Below are positions 39,207-48,033 of a stretch of DNA of 64,000 nucleotides, in pieces. Position numbers and translations under genes: made by a program. The stretch covers positions 62,001 to 126,000 of IMG/VR virus record IMGVR_UViG_3300027985_000918. The stretch is one strand, 5' to 3'. Numbering within the stretch: position 1 is the stretch's first letter; each line of letters starts with the position of its first letter. The notes beneath the pieces were generated by a model that worked only from the letters and a program-made list of their open reading frames with translations, did no database searches and was not told the origin of the DNA.

Positions 39207-39395
39207 TGGTAATGCCAATCGCAACAGCCTCCCTCACTGAGGGGGAGGGGGAGCCCCCCCTTATCATGTGACTTATCAGTTTCTCCCCCAAGATGAAGAA
39301 TTCCGGGTAACCCTAACCCCCTGCTGAGTAGGCACCCCAGAACGATGGCTCAGAGGAGCCAATAAAAAACGGCACTGAGCAAAAAGGAATGTCAG

Positions 39396-39932
39396 ATGAT
39401 CACCCGTAAAACGTTGGAAGGCCTGTGGGTTCATTCCAGACAGTGGGATCTCTTCGAGCAGTTCCTGGGCGATCGAGAAGGGGTCGAACCTACTCCGGAT
39501 GTGATCCGGGAAGCCGCACTGTTCGGACTGGATGTTCAAGGGGCTCAGGACGCCGGGCTGCTGCAACTTCCCGATGGGCCGATCGTGTTCAAGGACGGTC
39601 ACCGGGTGAACTACCTCAACGGCCAGATCCACTGCGAGGATGGCCCGGCCATCGAATGGCCCGATGGCCACCAAGAGTGGTGGGTTCACGATGAACGTCA
39701 TTGTGAGGATGGGCCGGCTATCCTGCGGCCCAACGGCGACCGGGAGTGGTGGGTCAACGGGCAGAAGGACCGAGCGGATGGTCCGGCCATCGAGCGTGCC
39801 GATGGCCGCAAGGAGTGGTGGGTCAACGGGGAGCGCATCAAGATCGAGGGGGCCGACTACAGCAAGGAATGGTACCTCGAAGGGCCCCCCCACCGTGAAA
39901 ACTCCCCGGCTTTCATGCGGGGAGAACAGTAG
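39396..39932 (+). CDS. HREDGPA-repeat protein 19 (near-copy of protein 7)
   Basis: MITRKTLEGLWVHSRQ. Confidence 0.9.
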   Translation: MITRKTLEGLWVHSRQWDLFEQFLGDREGVEPTPDVIREAALFGLDVQGAQDAGLLQLPDGPIVFKDGHRVNYLNGQIHCEDGPAIEWPDGHQEWWVHDERHCEDGPAILRPNGDREWWVNGQKDRADGPAIERADGRKEWWVNGERIKIEGADYSKEWYLEGPPHRENSPAFMRGEQ

Positions 39933-39940
39933 CTCAACAG

Positions 39941-39983
39941 AAAAACCTTCGGCCTCTCGACAACGGGTGGGCCGAAGGTTTTT
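39941..39983 (+). terminator. hairpin terminator within array
   Basis: AAAAACCTTCGGCC-loop-GGCCGAAGGTTTTT. Confidence 0.75.
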
Positions 39984-40050
39984 GTTGTTGGGGGGGCCGA
40001 GGGTAGCTAAGAAGGGTAGGTTCAGGGACAGCAGCGGAGGAAATCAGGAG

Positions 40051-40508
40051 ATGATCACTATCCAGACTCTTCAGAGGTTGGGAGCTTGCTCCAATCAGGT
40101 GGACATGTTCCGGGAGTTTCTGGGAGGTCGAGAAGGCGTTGAGCCCACTCCGGAGGTGATCCGAGAAGCTGCCCTTTTTTCGGGCTGAGCATCCTGTGGG
40201 CCAAAGTCAAGGGGATTTTGGAATTCCCCGATGGGATGCTCGTCTACAAGGATGGCCGCCGTGTGTGGTATCTCAACGGCCAACTCCACCATGAGGATGG
40301 GCCTGCGATCAAGTGGCCAGACGGGACCCGGAAGTGGTATTTCAAGGGCCAACTTCATCGGAAGGGTGGTCCGGCAGTCGAATGGGCCAACGGCCGTAAG
40401 GAGTGGTTCTTCCACGGTCGTAGGCATCGAGAAGATGGGCCGGCTTACGAGGGACTCTACGGCCTCAATGTGTGGTACATCCACGGCCAGCGCATCCCTA
40501 CCTTCTGA
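40051..40508 (+). pseudogene. HREDGPA-repeat protein 20 (3 repeats), frameshift in T-run
   Basis: T6 at 40175-40180; T4 or T7 would restore frame; paralog of protein 8. Confidence 0.8.
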
Positions 40509-40520
40509 GAGGGCTTTTCC

Positions 40521-41126
40521 ATGATCACTATCCAGACCTTGCAGAAATTGGGAGCTTGTCTCAGCCAGGTGGACCTGTTCCAAGAGTTCCTTGGTGGTCG
40601 ACAGGGAGTCGAGCCTACTCCGGATGCGATCCGAACTGCCGCCCTGTACGGTTTGGCTATCGAGTGGGCTCAGTCTCACGGTCTGCTGCAGATCCCCGAC
40701 GGGATGCTCCTCTACAAGGACGGATCTAAGGCGTGGTATCTCGGGGGGAAGCTCCACCGGGGGGATGGCCCGGCTGTTGAGGGGGCCGATGGCCGTCGGG
40801 AATGGTGGATCCACGGGGTGAGGCACCGTGCAGATGGCCCTGCCATTGATGTGGTCAACGGCACCAAGGAGTGGTGGCTCAACGGCCAACTCCACCGAGA
40901 AGATGGTCCGGCAGTCGAATGGGGTAAAACCCACCGAGAGTGGTTCTTCCATGGACAGCGGCACCGGGAGGACGGTCCGGCTGTCGAGAGGTCCAACGGC
41001 TCCTGGGCATGGTACTTCGGTGGATTGCTCCACCGGGAGGACGGACCGGCAGTTGAGTGGCCCAGTGGCACTCGGGAGTGGTGGACCCATGGGGTCCGCA
41101 CCCGAATCGAGGAGGGCCCCAAGTGA
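40521..41126 (+). CDS. HREDGPA-repeat protein 21 (5 repeats)
   Basis: Paralog of protein 9. Confidence 0.9.
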   Translation: MITIQTLQKLGACLSQVDLFQEFLGGRQGVEPTPDAIRTAALYGLAIEWAQSHGLLQIPDGMLLYKDGSKAWYLGGKLHRGDGPAVEGADGRREWWIHGVRHRADGPAIDVVNGTKEWWLNGQLHREDGPAVEWGKTHREWFFHGQRHREDGPAVERSNGSWAWYFGGLLHREDGPAVEWPSGTREWWTHGVRTRIEEGPK

Positions 41127-41905
41127 TCACCGTACAGACATTGACCGGACTCGAAGCCTGCCACAACCAGGTGGCCCTTTTCCGGGAGTTTCTCGGGGGT
41201 CGTGAAGGGATCGAACCCACACCAGATGTTATTCGGGAGGCAGCCCTATACGGGCTGAATGTCAAGTGGGCGCAAGCCCAGGGGCTGTTGGAATTCCCCG
41301 ATGGGGTGCTCGTCTACAAGGGCGGCCGTAAGGAGTGGTACCTCGACGGTCAGCTCCATCGAGAGGGCGGGCCAGCGTTCGAGTGGTCCGACGATATCAA
41401 GGAGTGGTGGTTCCACGGCCGTCTCCACCGTGAGGATGGTCCTGCTGTCGAGCAGGAAGATGGGGGCAAGGAATGGTACATCCACGGGGTGCGGCACCGT
41501 GTGGGTGGTCCCGCCATCGAGACTGCCTATGGGCGTAAGGAGTGGAGGGTCAAGGGGCAGCTCCACCGTGAAGATGGGCCCGCTTATGAGTCTCCCTTAG
41601 TTAAGATGTGGTGCTTCCACGACCTGCTCCACCGAAAGGATGGCCCGGCAGTTGAGCTTCCTAACGGAACCGAGGAGTGGTACCTCAACGGGGAACGCCA
41701 CCGAGTTGGGGGTCCGGCGATCGAGTGGGCCGACGGCCGCAAGGAGTGGTGGTTCAACGGGGAACGCCACCGTGAAGACGGCCCCGCTGTTGAACGGTCT
41801 GACGGCACCAAGGAGTGGTGGACTCACGGGGTGAAGCATCCGGATCGGAAAGGAATTCCGATGATCACTACCCAGTCCCTTCGGATTGAGGAAGATTCCC
41901 AATGA
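41123..41905 (+). CDS. HREDGPA-repeat protein 22 (7 repeats), fused to collapsed minigene
   Basis: GTG 41123; tail contains second MITTQ start at 41861. Confidence 0.85.
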   Translation: MITVQTLTGLEACHNQVALFREFLGGREGIEPTPDVIREAALYGLNVKWAQAQGLLEFPDGVLVYKGGRKEWYLDGQLHREGGPAFEWSDDIKEWWFHGRLHREDGPAVEQEDGGKEWYIHGVRHRVGGPAIETAYGRKEWRVKGQLHREDGPAYESPLVKMWCFHDLLHRKDGPAVELPNGTEEWYLNGERHRVGGPAIEWADGRKEWWFNGERHREDGPAVERSDGTKEWWTHGVKHPDRKGIPMITTQSLRIEEDSQ

Positions 41906-42369
41906 TCACTACCCAGACTCTTCAAAACCTGGGGGCTTGCCGAGACCAGGTTATTCTCTTCCAAGAGTTCTTGAGAGATCGGGAGGGTGTCGAGCCCACG
42001 CCCGAGGTGGTCCGAGAGGCAGCCCTGTATGGGCTGGATGTTGAGTGGGCCTTGTACCATGACATTCTGCGGATCCCCGATGGGATGCTCGTCTACAAGG
42101 ACGGCCGCAAGGAGTGGTACCTCGACGGTCATCTCCACAGAGAGGATGGGCCAGCGGTCGTGACTGCCGTGGGCACCCGGGAGTGGTGGCTCCACGGCCG
42201 GTGGCATCGTGAGGGGGGGCCTGCTTACGAGGGGGCCTGCGGTCACAAAGAGTGGTGGTTCCACGGCCAGAGGCACCGTGAGGATGGTCCTGCGGTCGAG
42301 TGGGCCAACGGACACAAAGAGTGGTGGCTCGACGGGCAGCACACCCCAACCGAAGGAGCAGATCAATGA
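41902..42369 (+). CDS. HREDGPA-repeat protein 23 (3 repeats)
   Basis: N-domain + repeats. Confidence 0.9.
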   Translation: MITTQTLQNLGACRDQVILFQEFLRDREGVEPTPEVVREAALYGLDVEWALYHDILRIPDGMLVYKDGRKEWYLDGHLHREDGPAVVTAVGTREWWLHGRWHREGGPAYEGACGHKEWWFHGQRHREDGPAVEWANGHKEWWLDGQHTPTEGADQ

Positions 42370-43247
42370 TCACAATCCAAAATTTGAAGGACCTCAGGGC
42401 TTGCTCGGACCAGGTGGATCTCTTTGGGGAGTTTCTCGGGAGTCGAGAGGGGATCGAACCCACGCCCGATGCGGTGCGGGAAGCCGCCCTGTTTGGGCTG
42501 GACTTCGAGTGGGCCCAGTGCAAAGGTTTGCTCACGATCCCGGACGGGATGATCACGTACAAGGACGGCTCTCAGTTGTATTACCTCGACGGCTGTCTCC
42601 ACCGTGAAGACGGGGCTGCGGTCGAGTGGGCCGACGGCTCCCGAGAGTGGTGGGTCCAGGGCCAGGCCCACCGAGTGGGCGGGGCGGCTTTCGAGGGGGC
42701 CGACGGTCGTCGAGAATGGTGGGTCAACGGCCAGCGGCACCGTGAAGACGGGCCGGCTTTCGAGGAATCTGACGGCAGCTCGGAGTGGTACTTCCACGAC
42801 CATCTCCACCGAGAAGACGGGCCCGCTATCGAGATGTCCTCCGGCACCAAGGAGTGGTGGATCCACGGGGTGAGGCATCGTGAGGAGGGACCAGCGGTCG
42901 AGCGGAACTTGGGATCCAAAGAGTGGTGGGTCAAGGGCCTGCGCCACCGTGAAGGGGCCCCTGCTGTCGAAGGGGTCGACGGAACCAAAGCGTGGTATTC
43001 CTACGGTCAACTCCACCGAGTTGACGGCCCGGCGATCGAGAGAGCCGGAGGCCTCAAAGAATGGTTCATCCACGGTCTACATCACCGAGAAGACGGGCCC
43101 GCTATCGAAAGGCCCGATGGAACTTGGGAGTGGCGGATCCGAGGCCTTATCCACCGTGGTGATGGCCCTGCCATCAAACGGAAAGATGGAACCCAAGAGT
43201 GGTGGGTCCACGGGCAGCGCACCCAAATCGAGAGACCATGCCGATGA
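42366..43247 (+). CDS. HREDGPA-repeat protein 24 (9 repeats)
   Basis: ATG 42366. Confidence 0.9.
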   Translation: MITIQNLKDLRACSDQVDLFGEFLGSREGIEPTPDAVREAALFGLDFEWAQCKGLLTIPDGMITYKDGSQLYYLDGCLHREDGAAVEWADGSREWWVQGQAHRVGGAAFEGADGRREWWVNGQRHREDGPAFEESDGSSEWYFHDHLHREDGPAIEMSSGTKEWWIHGVRHREEGPAVERNLGSKEWWVKGLRHREGAPAVEGVDGTKAWYSYGQLHRVDGPAIERAGGLKEWFIHGLHHREDGPAIERPDGTWEWRIRGLIHRGDGPAIKRKDGTQEWWVHGQRTQIERPCR

Positions 43248-43918
43248 TCACTATCAGCACCTTGAAAGGCCTCAAGGCCTGCTCGGACCAGGTCACCCTT
43301 TTCCGGGAGTTCCTCGGAGATCGAGAGGGTGTCGAGCCCACGCCGGAGGTAGTTCGAGAGGCAGCCCTGTTTGGGCTGGATGTGAAGTGGGCCCAGTATC
43401 AGGGTCTGCTGCGGATTCCAGACGGGAAGATCACATACAAGGACGACTCCCGAGAGTGGTGGATCCACGGGAAGCTCCATCGGGAGGATGGGCCTGCGAT
43501 CGAAGGGTCCAACGGTTCCAAGGAGTGGTACCTCCAGGGGAAGTTCCATCGTGAGGACGGGCCGGCTTACGAGTGGGCCAACGGCTCCCGAGAGTGGTAT
43601 ATCCACGGCCTGAGGCACCGGGAGGATGGGCCGGCTGCCGAGTACGCCAACGGCACCAAAATGTGGTACCTCAACGGGAAGCTCCACCGAGAGGATGGCC
43701 CCGCTGTTGAAGGGGCCGACGGCTCCCGGTCGTGGTGGATCCACGGCCTGAGGCACAGGGAGGATGGGCCGGCGATCGAGTGGGATGACGGCTGGAAGGA
43801 GTGGTACTTCCAAGGACAGAGGCACCGTGAGGGGGGGCCTGCGATCGAGGGTCCCGACGGCTTCCGGGAGTGGTGGAGCCACGGGCAGCTCATCCCCATT
43901 AAGGAGGAACCCAAATGA
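43244..43918 (+). CDS. HREDGPA-repeat protein 25 (6 repeats)
   Basis: ATG 43244. Confidence 0.9.
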   Translation: MITISTLKGLKACSDQVTLFREFLGDREGVEPTPEVVREAALFGLDVKWAQYQGLLRIPDGKITYKDDSREWWIHGKLHREDGPAIEGSNGSKEWYLQGKFHREDGPAYEWANGSREWYIHGLRHREDGPAAEYANGTKMWYLNGKLHREDGPAVEGADGSRSWWIHGLRHREDGPAIEWDDGWKEWYFQGQRHREGGPAIEGPDGFREWWSHGQLIPIKEEPK

Positions 43919-44382
43919 TCACTGTCCAGACCTTGGTTGATTTGGAAGCCTGCTCGGACCAGGTCACTCTTTTCCGGGAGTTCCTGGGAGATCGAGAGGG
44001 TGTTGAGCCCACGCCGGAGGTGATCCGTGAGGCAGCTTTGTACGGGTTGGACATTTGGTGGGCCCAACACATGGGCCTGCTCACGATCCCGGACGGGAAG
44101 ACCACGTACAAGGATGGCTCTCAGTCGTGGCACCTCGAAGGGAAGCTCCATCGGGAGGATGGCCCTGCGATCGAGTGGACCAATGGCACCCGGTCTTGGC
44201 GGATCAACGGCCTGAGGCACAGGGAAGGGGGGCCGGCAATCGAGTACGCCGACGGCAGCCGGGAATGGTGGCTCAACGGAAAGCACCACCGAGAGGATGG
44301 GCCGGCTTTCGAGGGGGCCGACGGCCACCGGGAGTGGTGGACCCACGGGGTTTGTACCCGAATTGAGAGGGGGGACGAATGA
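43915..44382 (+). CDS. HREDGPA-repeat protein 26 (3 repeats)
   Basis: N-domain + repeats. Confidence 0.9.
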   Translation: MITVQTLVDLEACSDQVTLFREFLGDREGVEPTPEVIREAALYGLDIWWAQHMGLLTIPDGKTTYKDGSQSWHLEGKLHREDGPAIEWTNGTRSWRINGLRHREGGPAIEYADGSREWWLNGKHHREDGPAFEGADGHREWWTHGVCTRIERGDE

Positions 44383-45329
44383 TCACTGTCAACACTTTGA
44401 TGAACCTCGATGCCTGTCCTGAACAAACCACCCTTTTCCTAGAGTTCCTCAGGGATCGAGAGGGTGTTGAGCCCACGCCGGAGGTGATCCGTGAGGCAGC
44501 CTTGTACGGGCTGAACGTTGGGTGGGCTCAACTCAAGGGGTTGCTCACGATCCCGGACGGTCTGCTGGTGTGCAAAGACGGCATTCGGGAGTGGTACCTC
44601 GAAGGGAAGCTCCATCGGGAGGACGGGCCTGCTGTCGAGCGGGACGACGGCCGCAAAGAGTGGTACCTCCACGGGAAGCCCCACCGAGAGGATGGGCCTG
44701 CTTTCGAGGGGGCCGACGGCTCCCGAATTTGGTGTCTTAACGGGGAGGTCTCCAGGGAAGATGGGCCTGCGATCGAGCGGGCCGACGGCTCCACGGAGTG
44801 GTACCTCAACGGGAAGCGGCACCGTGAGGACGGGCCGGCGTTCGAGTGGGCCAACGGCTCCAAAGCGTGGTGGCTCAACGGTCAGCGGCACCGAAAGGAT
44901 GGGCCTGCTGTTGAGCGGGCCGGTGGTACCCGGGAGTGGTGGATCCACGGGGTGAGACATCGTGAGGAGGGACCAGCGGTCGAGCGGAATTCGGGATCCA
45001 AGGAGTGGTGGGTCAAGGGCCTTCTCCACCGTGAGGGGGCCCCTGCTGTCGAAGGGGCCAACGGAACCAAAATGTGGTATTCCTACGGCGTTCTCCACCG
45101 AGAGGATGGGCCGGCAGTCGAGATTGCCGGGGGCCGCAAAGAATGGTTCATCCACGGTCTACCTCACCGAGAGTCTGGGCCAGCAATCGAATGGCCCAAT
45201 GGAACTTGGGAGTGGCGGATCCGAGGCCTCCTCCACCGTGATGATGGACCTGCTGTCAAACGGGAGGATGGAACCCAAGAGTGGTGGGCCCACGGTCAGC
45301 GTACCCGAATTGAGAGGCCCTGCCGATGA
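44379..45329 (+). CDS. HREDGPA-repeat protein 27 (10 repeats)
   Basis: N-domain + repeats. Confidence 0.9.
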   Translation: MITVNTLMNLDACPEQTTLFLEFLRDREGVEPTPEVIREAALYGLNVGWAQLKGLLTIPDGLLVCKDGIREWYLEGKLHREDGPAVERDDGRKEWYLHGKPHREDGPAFEGADGSRIWCLNGEVSREDGPAIERADGSTEWYLNGKRHREDGPAFEWANGSKAWWLNGQRHRKDGPAVERAGGTREWWIHGVRHREEGPAVERNSGSKEWWVKGLLHREGAPAVEGANGTKMWYSYGVLHREDGPAVEIAGGRKEWFIHGLPHRESGPAIEWPNGTWEWRIRGLLHRDDGPAVKREDGTQEWWAHGQRTRIERPCR

Positions 45330-46069
45330 TCACGATCGAAACTCTCCGGAACCGGGGGGCTTGCCAGAGTCAGGTGACCCTTTTTGAGTCCTTTCTTGGA
45401 GGTCGGGAGGGGGTCGAACCCACACCTGAGGTGATCCGAGAGGCAGCCTTGTTTGGGCTGAACGTCCGGTGGGCCAAGGAGCAGGGTCTGCTCACGATCC
45501 CCGATGGGCAGATCGAATTCAAGGATGGTCACAAGGAGTGGTATCTCCACGGCCTGAAGCACCGAGAGAACGGGCCAGCAGTCGAGTGGGGCTGCGGCAC
45601 CAAGGGGTGGTATTCCCACGGCCAGCGGCACCGTGAAGACGGTCCTGCTATCGAGATGGCCGACGGGTCCAAGGCGTGGTGGATTCACGGGAAAGCCCAC
45701 CGAGAGGATGGGCCTGCGATCGAGTGGAATGACGGGTCCAAAGAGTGGTGGATCAATGGTCAGCCCCACCGAGAGTCGGAGCCGGCGATCGAGTATGCCG
45801 ACGGCACTCGGGAGTGGTGGACCAACGGCCAGCTCCACCGAGAGGATGGGCCGGCGATCGAGAGGAGCGACGGCACCAAGGAGTGGTACTTCCAAAGTCA
45901 GCTCCACCGAGATGGCGGGCCAGCGGTCGAAACGGCTTACGGACGTAAGGAGTGGTACCGCAATGGGGAACTCCACCGTGAAGACGGACCTGCTTACGAG
46001 TCCCCCACTGGTTACAGGGTGTGGTGGGTAAACGGGCGCTGGATCCGGGCCGAGAGGAGAAGCAAATGA
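45326..46069 (+). CDS. HREDGPA-repeat protein 28 (7 repeats)
   Basis: N-domain close to protein 5. Confidence 0.9.
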   Translation: MITIETLRNRGACQSQVTLFESFLGGREGVEPTPEVIREAALFGLNVRWAKEQGLLTIPDGQIEFKDGHKEWYLHGLKHRENGPAVEWGCGTKGWYSHGQRHREDGPAIEMADGSKAWWIHGKAHREDGPAIEWNDGSKEWWINGQPHRESEPAIEYADGTREWWTNGQLHREDGPAIERSDGTKEWYFQSQLHRDGGPAVETAYGRKEWYRNGELHREDGPAYESPTGYRVWWVNGRWIRAERRSK

Positions 46070-46812
46070 TCACGGTAGGGATTCTGAAAAACCTGGAGGA
46101 TTGCCCCGATCAGCTCTCTCTCTTTCGGAAGTTCCTTGGAGGCCGGAAGGGGGTCGAACCCACACCTGAGGTGATCCGAGAGGCAGCCCTGTTTGGGCTG
46201 GATGTGAAGTGGGCCCAGTATCAGGGTCTGCTCACGATCCCGGACGGGAAGATCACGTACAAAGACAGCCACAAGGAGTGGTATCTCAACGGGAAGTTCC
46301 ATCGGGAGGATGGGCCTGCTTACGAGGGGGCCGATGGATCCCGGGAGTGGTGGCTCAACGGGCAGCTCCACCGAGAGGATGGGCCTGCTGTCGAGGGGGC
46401 CGATGGCACCCGGTCTTGGTGGATCAACGGCCAGAGGCACCGAGAGGACGGGCCGGCTATTGAGGTGGCAGACGGCCATCGAGAGTGGTGGGCCAATAAT
46501 CAGCTCCACCGGGAAGACGGGCCGGCAATCGAGGGTCTTTTTGGTTTTCAGCATTGGTATCACCACGGTTATCTTCACCGAGAAGAAGGGCCGGCGGTTG
46601 TGGGCACCGAGGGATCCAAGGCGTGGTGGTCTTACGGCTTACTCCACCGAGCGGGGGGGCCTGCGATCGAGGGAGCCGACGGCACCAAGGAGTGGTACAG
46701 CCACGGTTTGTGCCACCGTGAGGACGGGCCGGCTATCGAGCGGGCCAACGGCATCAAGGAATGGTGGACCCACGGAGTCCGCACCCGAACTGAGGAGGGG
46801 AACCCTCAATGA
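46066..46812 (+). CDS. HREDGPA-repeat protein 29 (7 repeats)
   Basis: ATG 46066. Confidence 0.9.
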   Translation: MITVGILKNLEDCPDQLSLFRKFLGGRKGVEPTPEVIREAALFGLDVKWAQYQGLLTIPDGKITYKDSHKEWYLNGKFHREDGPAYEGADGSREWWLNGQLHREDGPAVEGADGTRSWWINGQRHREDGPAIEVADGHREWWANNQLHREDGPAIEGLFGFQHWYHHGYLHREEGPAVVGTEGSKAWWSYGLLHRAGGPAIEGADGTKEWYSHGLCHREDGPAIERANGIKEWWTHGVRTRTEEGNPQ

Positions 46813-47555
46813 TCACTGTCAACACTTTGGTGGCTCGCAAGGCATGCTCGGATCAGGTCACACTCTTTCAGAAGTTCCTGGGAGATCGAGAGGGGGTTGA
46901 TCCCACACCCGACGTGGTGAGGGAAGCAGCCCTGCTTGGGTTGGATGTCGAGTGGGCCCAATACAGGGGTCTGCTCACGATCCCCGACGGGATGATTATC
47001 TATAGGGACGGCACAAAGAGGTGGTGGCTCAACGGGAAGCGGCACCGAGAGGATGGGCCTGCTGTCGAGTGGGCTGACGGCTCTCGGGAATGGTGGGTTC
47101 ACTACCAGCTTCATCGAGAAGCTGGGCCGGCTGTCGAGCGGGCCGACGGCCGCAAGGAGTGGTACCTCCACGGGAAGCTCCACCGTGGAGATGGTCCGGC
47201 TATCGAGGGGGCCGACGGTCGGAGGGAATGGTGGATCAACGGCCAGTACCACAGGGAGGATGAGCCTGCTGTCGAGTGGGCCGGCGGAACCCGAGAGTGG
47301 TGGCTCCACGGCCTTCTCCACCGAGAGGATGGGCCGGCGATCGAGTACGCCAACGGCACCAAAATGTGGTACCTCAACGGGAAGCTCCACCGAGAGGATG
47401 GGCCTGCTGTCGAGTACGCCGACGGAACCCAGGAGTGGTACCTCAACGGGAAGCTCCACCGTGGAGATGGTCCGGCTATCGAGGGGGCCGACGGCTCTCG
47501 GGAGTGGTGGACCCACGGACAGTTCATACGATCTGAGGAGGGGAACCCTCAATGA
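46809..47555 (+). CDS. HREDGPA-repeat protein 30 (7 repeats)
   Basis: N-domain + repeats. Confidence 0.9.
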   Translation: MITVNTLVARKACSDQVTLFQKFLGDREGVDPTPDVVREAALLGLDVEWAQYRGLLTIPDGMIIYRDGTKRWWLNGKRHREDGPAVEWADGSREWWVHYQLHREAGPAVERADGRKEWYLHGKLHRGDGPAIEGADGRREWWINGQYHREDEPAVEWAGGTREWWLHGLLHREDGPAIEYANGTKMWYLNGKLHREDGPAVEYADGTQEWYLNGKLHRGDGPAIEGADGSREWWTHGQFIRSEEGNPQ

Positions 47556-47929
47556 TCACTGTCAACACTTTGGTGGCTCGCAAGGCATGCTCGGATCAGG
47601 TCACACTCTTTCAGGAGTTCCTCAGGGATCGAGAGGGTGTCGAGCCCACACCCGACGTGGTGAAGGAAGCAGCCCAGTACGGGTTGGACGTGAGGTGGGC
47701 CCAATACAGGGGTCTGATCACGATCCCCGACGGGCTGCTCGTCTTCAAAGACGGCACTCGGGAGTGGTACCTCAACGGTCTGAGACACCGAGAGGATGGG
47801 CCTGCGATCGAGGGGGTCGACGGCCGCAAGGAGTGGTTCCTCTACGGGAAGCGGCACCGAGAGGATGGGCCGGCTTTCGAGGGGTCCGACGGAACTCGGG
47901 AGTGGTGGATCCACGGCCTGTTCTATTGA
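47552..47929 (+). pseudogene. HREDGPA-repeat protein 31, truncated after 2 repeats
   Basis: TGA where consensus has CGA, followed by GAGGATGG remnant; 5' end near-identical to protein 30. Confidence 0.75.
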
Positions 47930-48033
47930 GAGGATGGCCTGCCTCTAAACAAAGGCTATCCAATCCCAATCTTTCCTTTGCAGGTAACCCCTCCGGGTTG
48001 GTGAGTAGGCACCCTGAGCAAAGGAAGAAGGCA

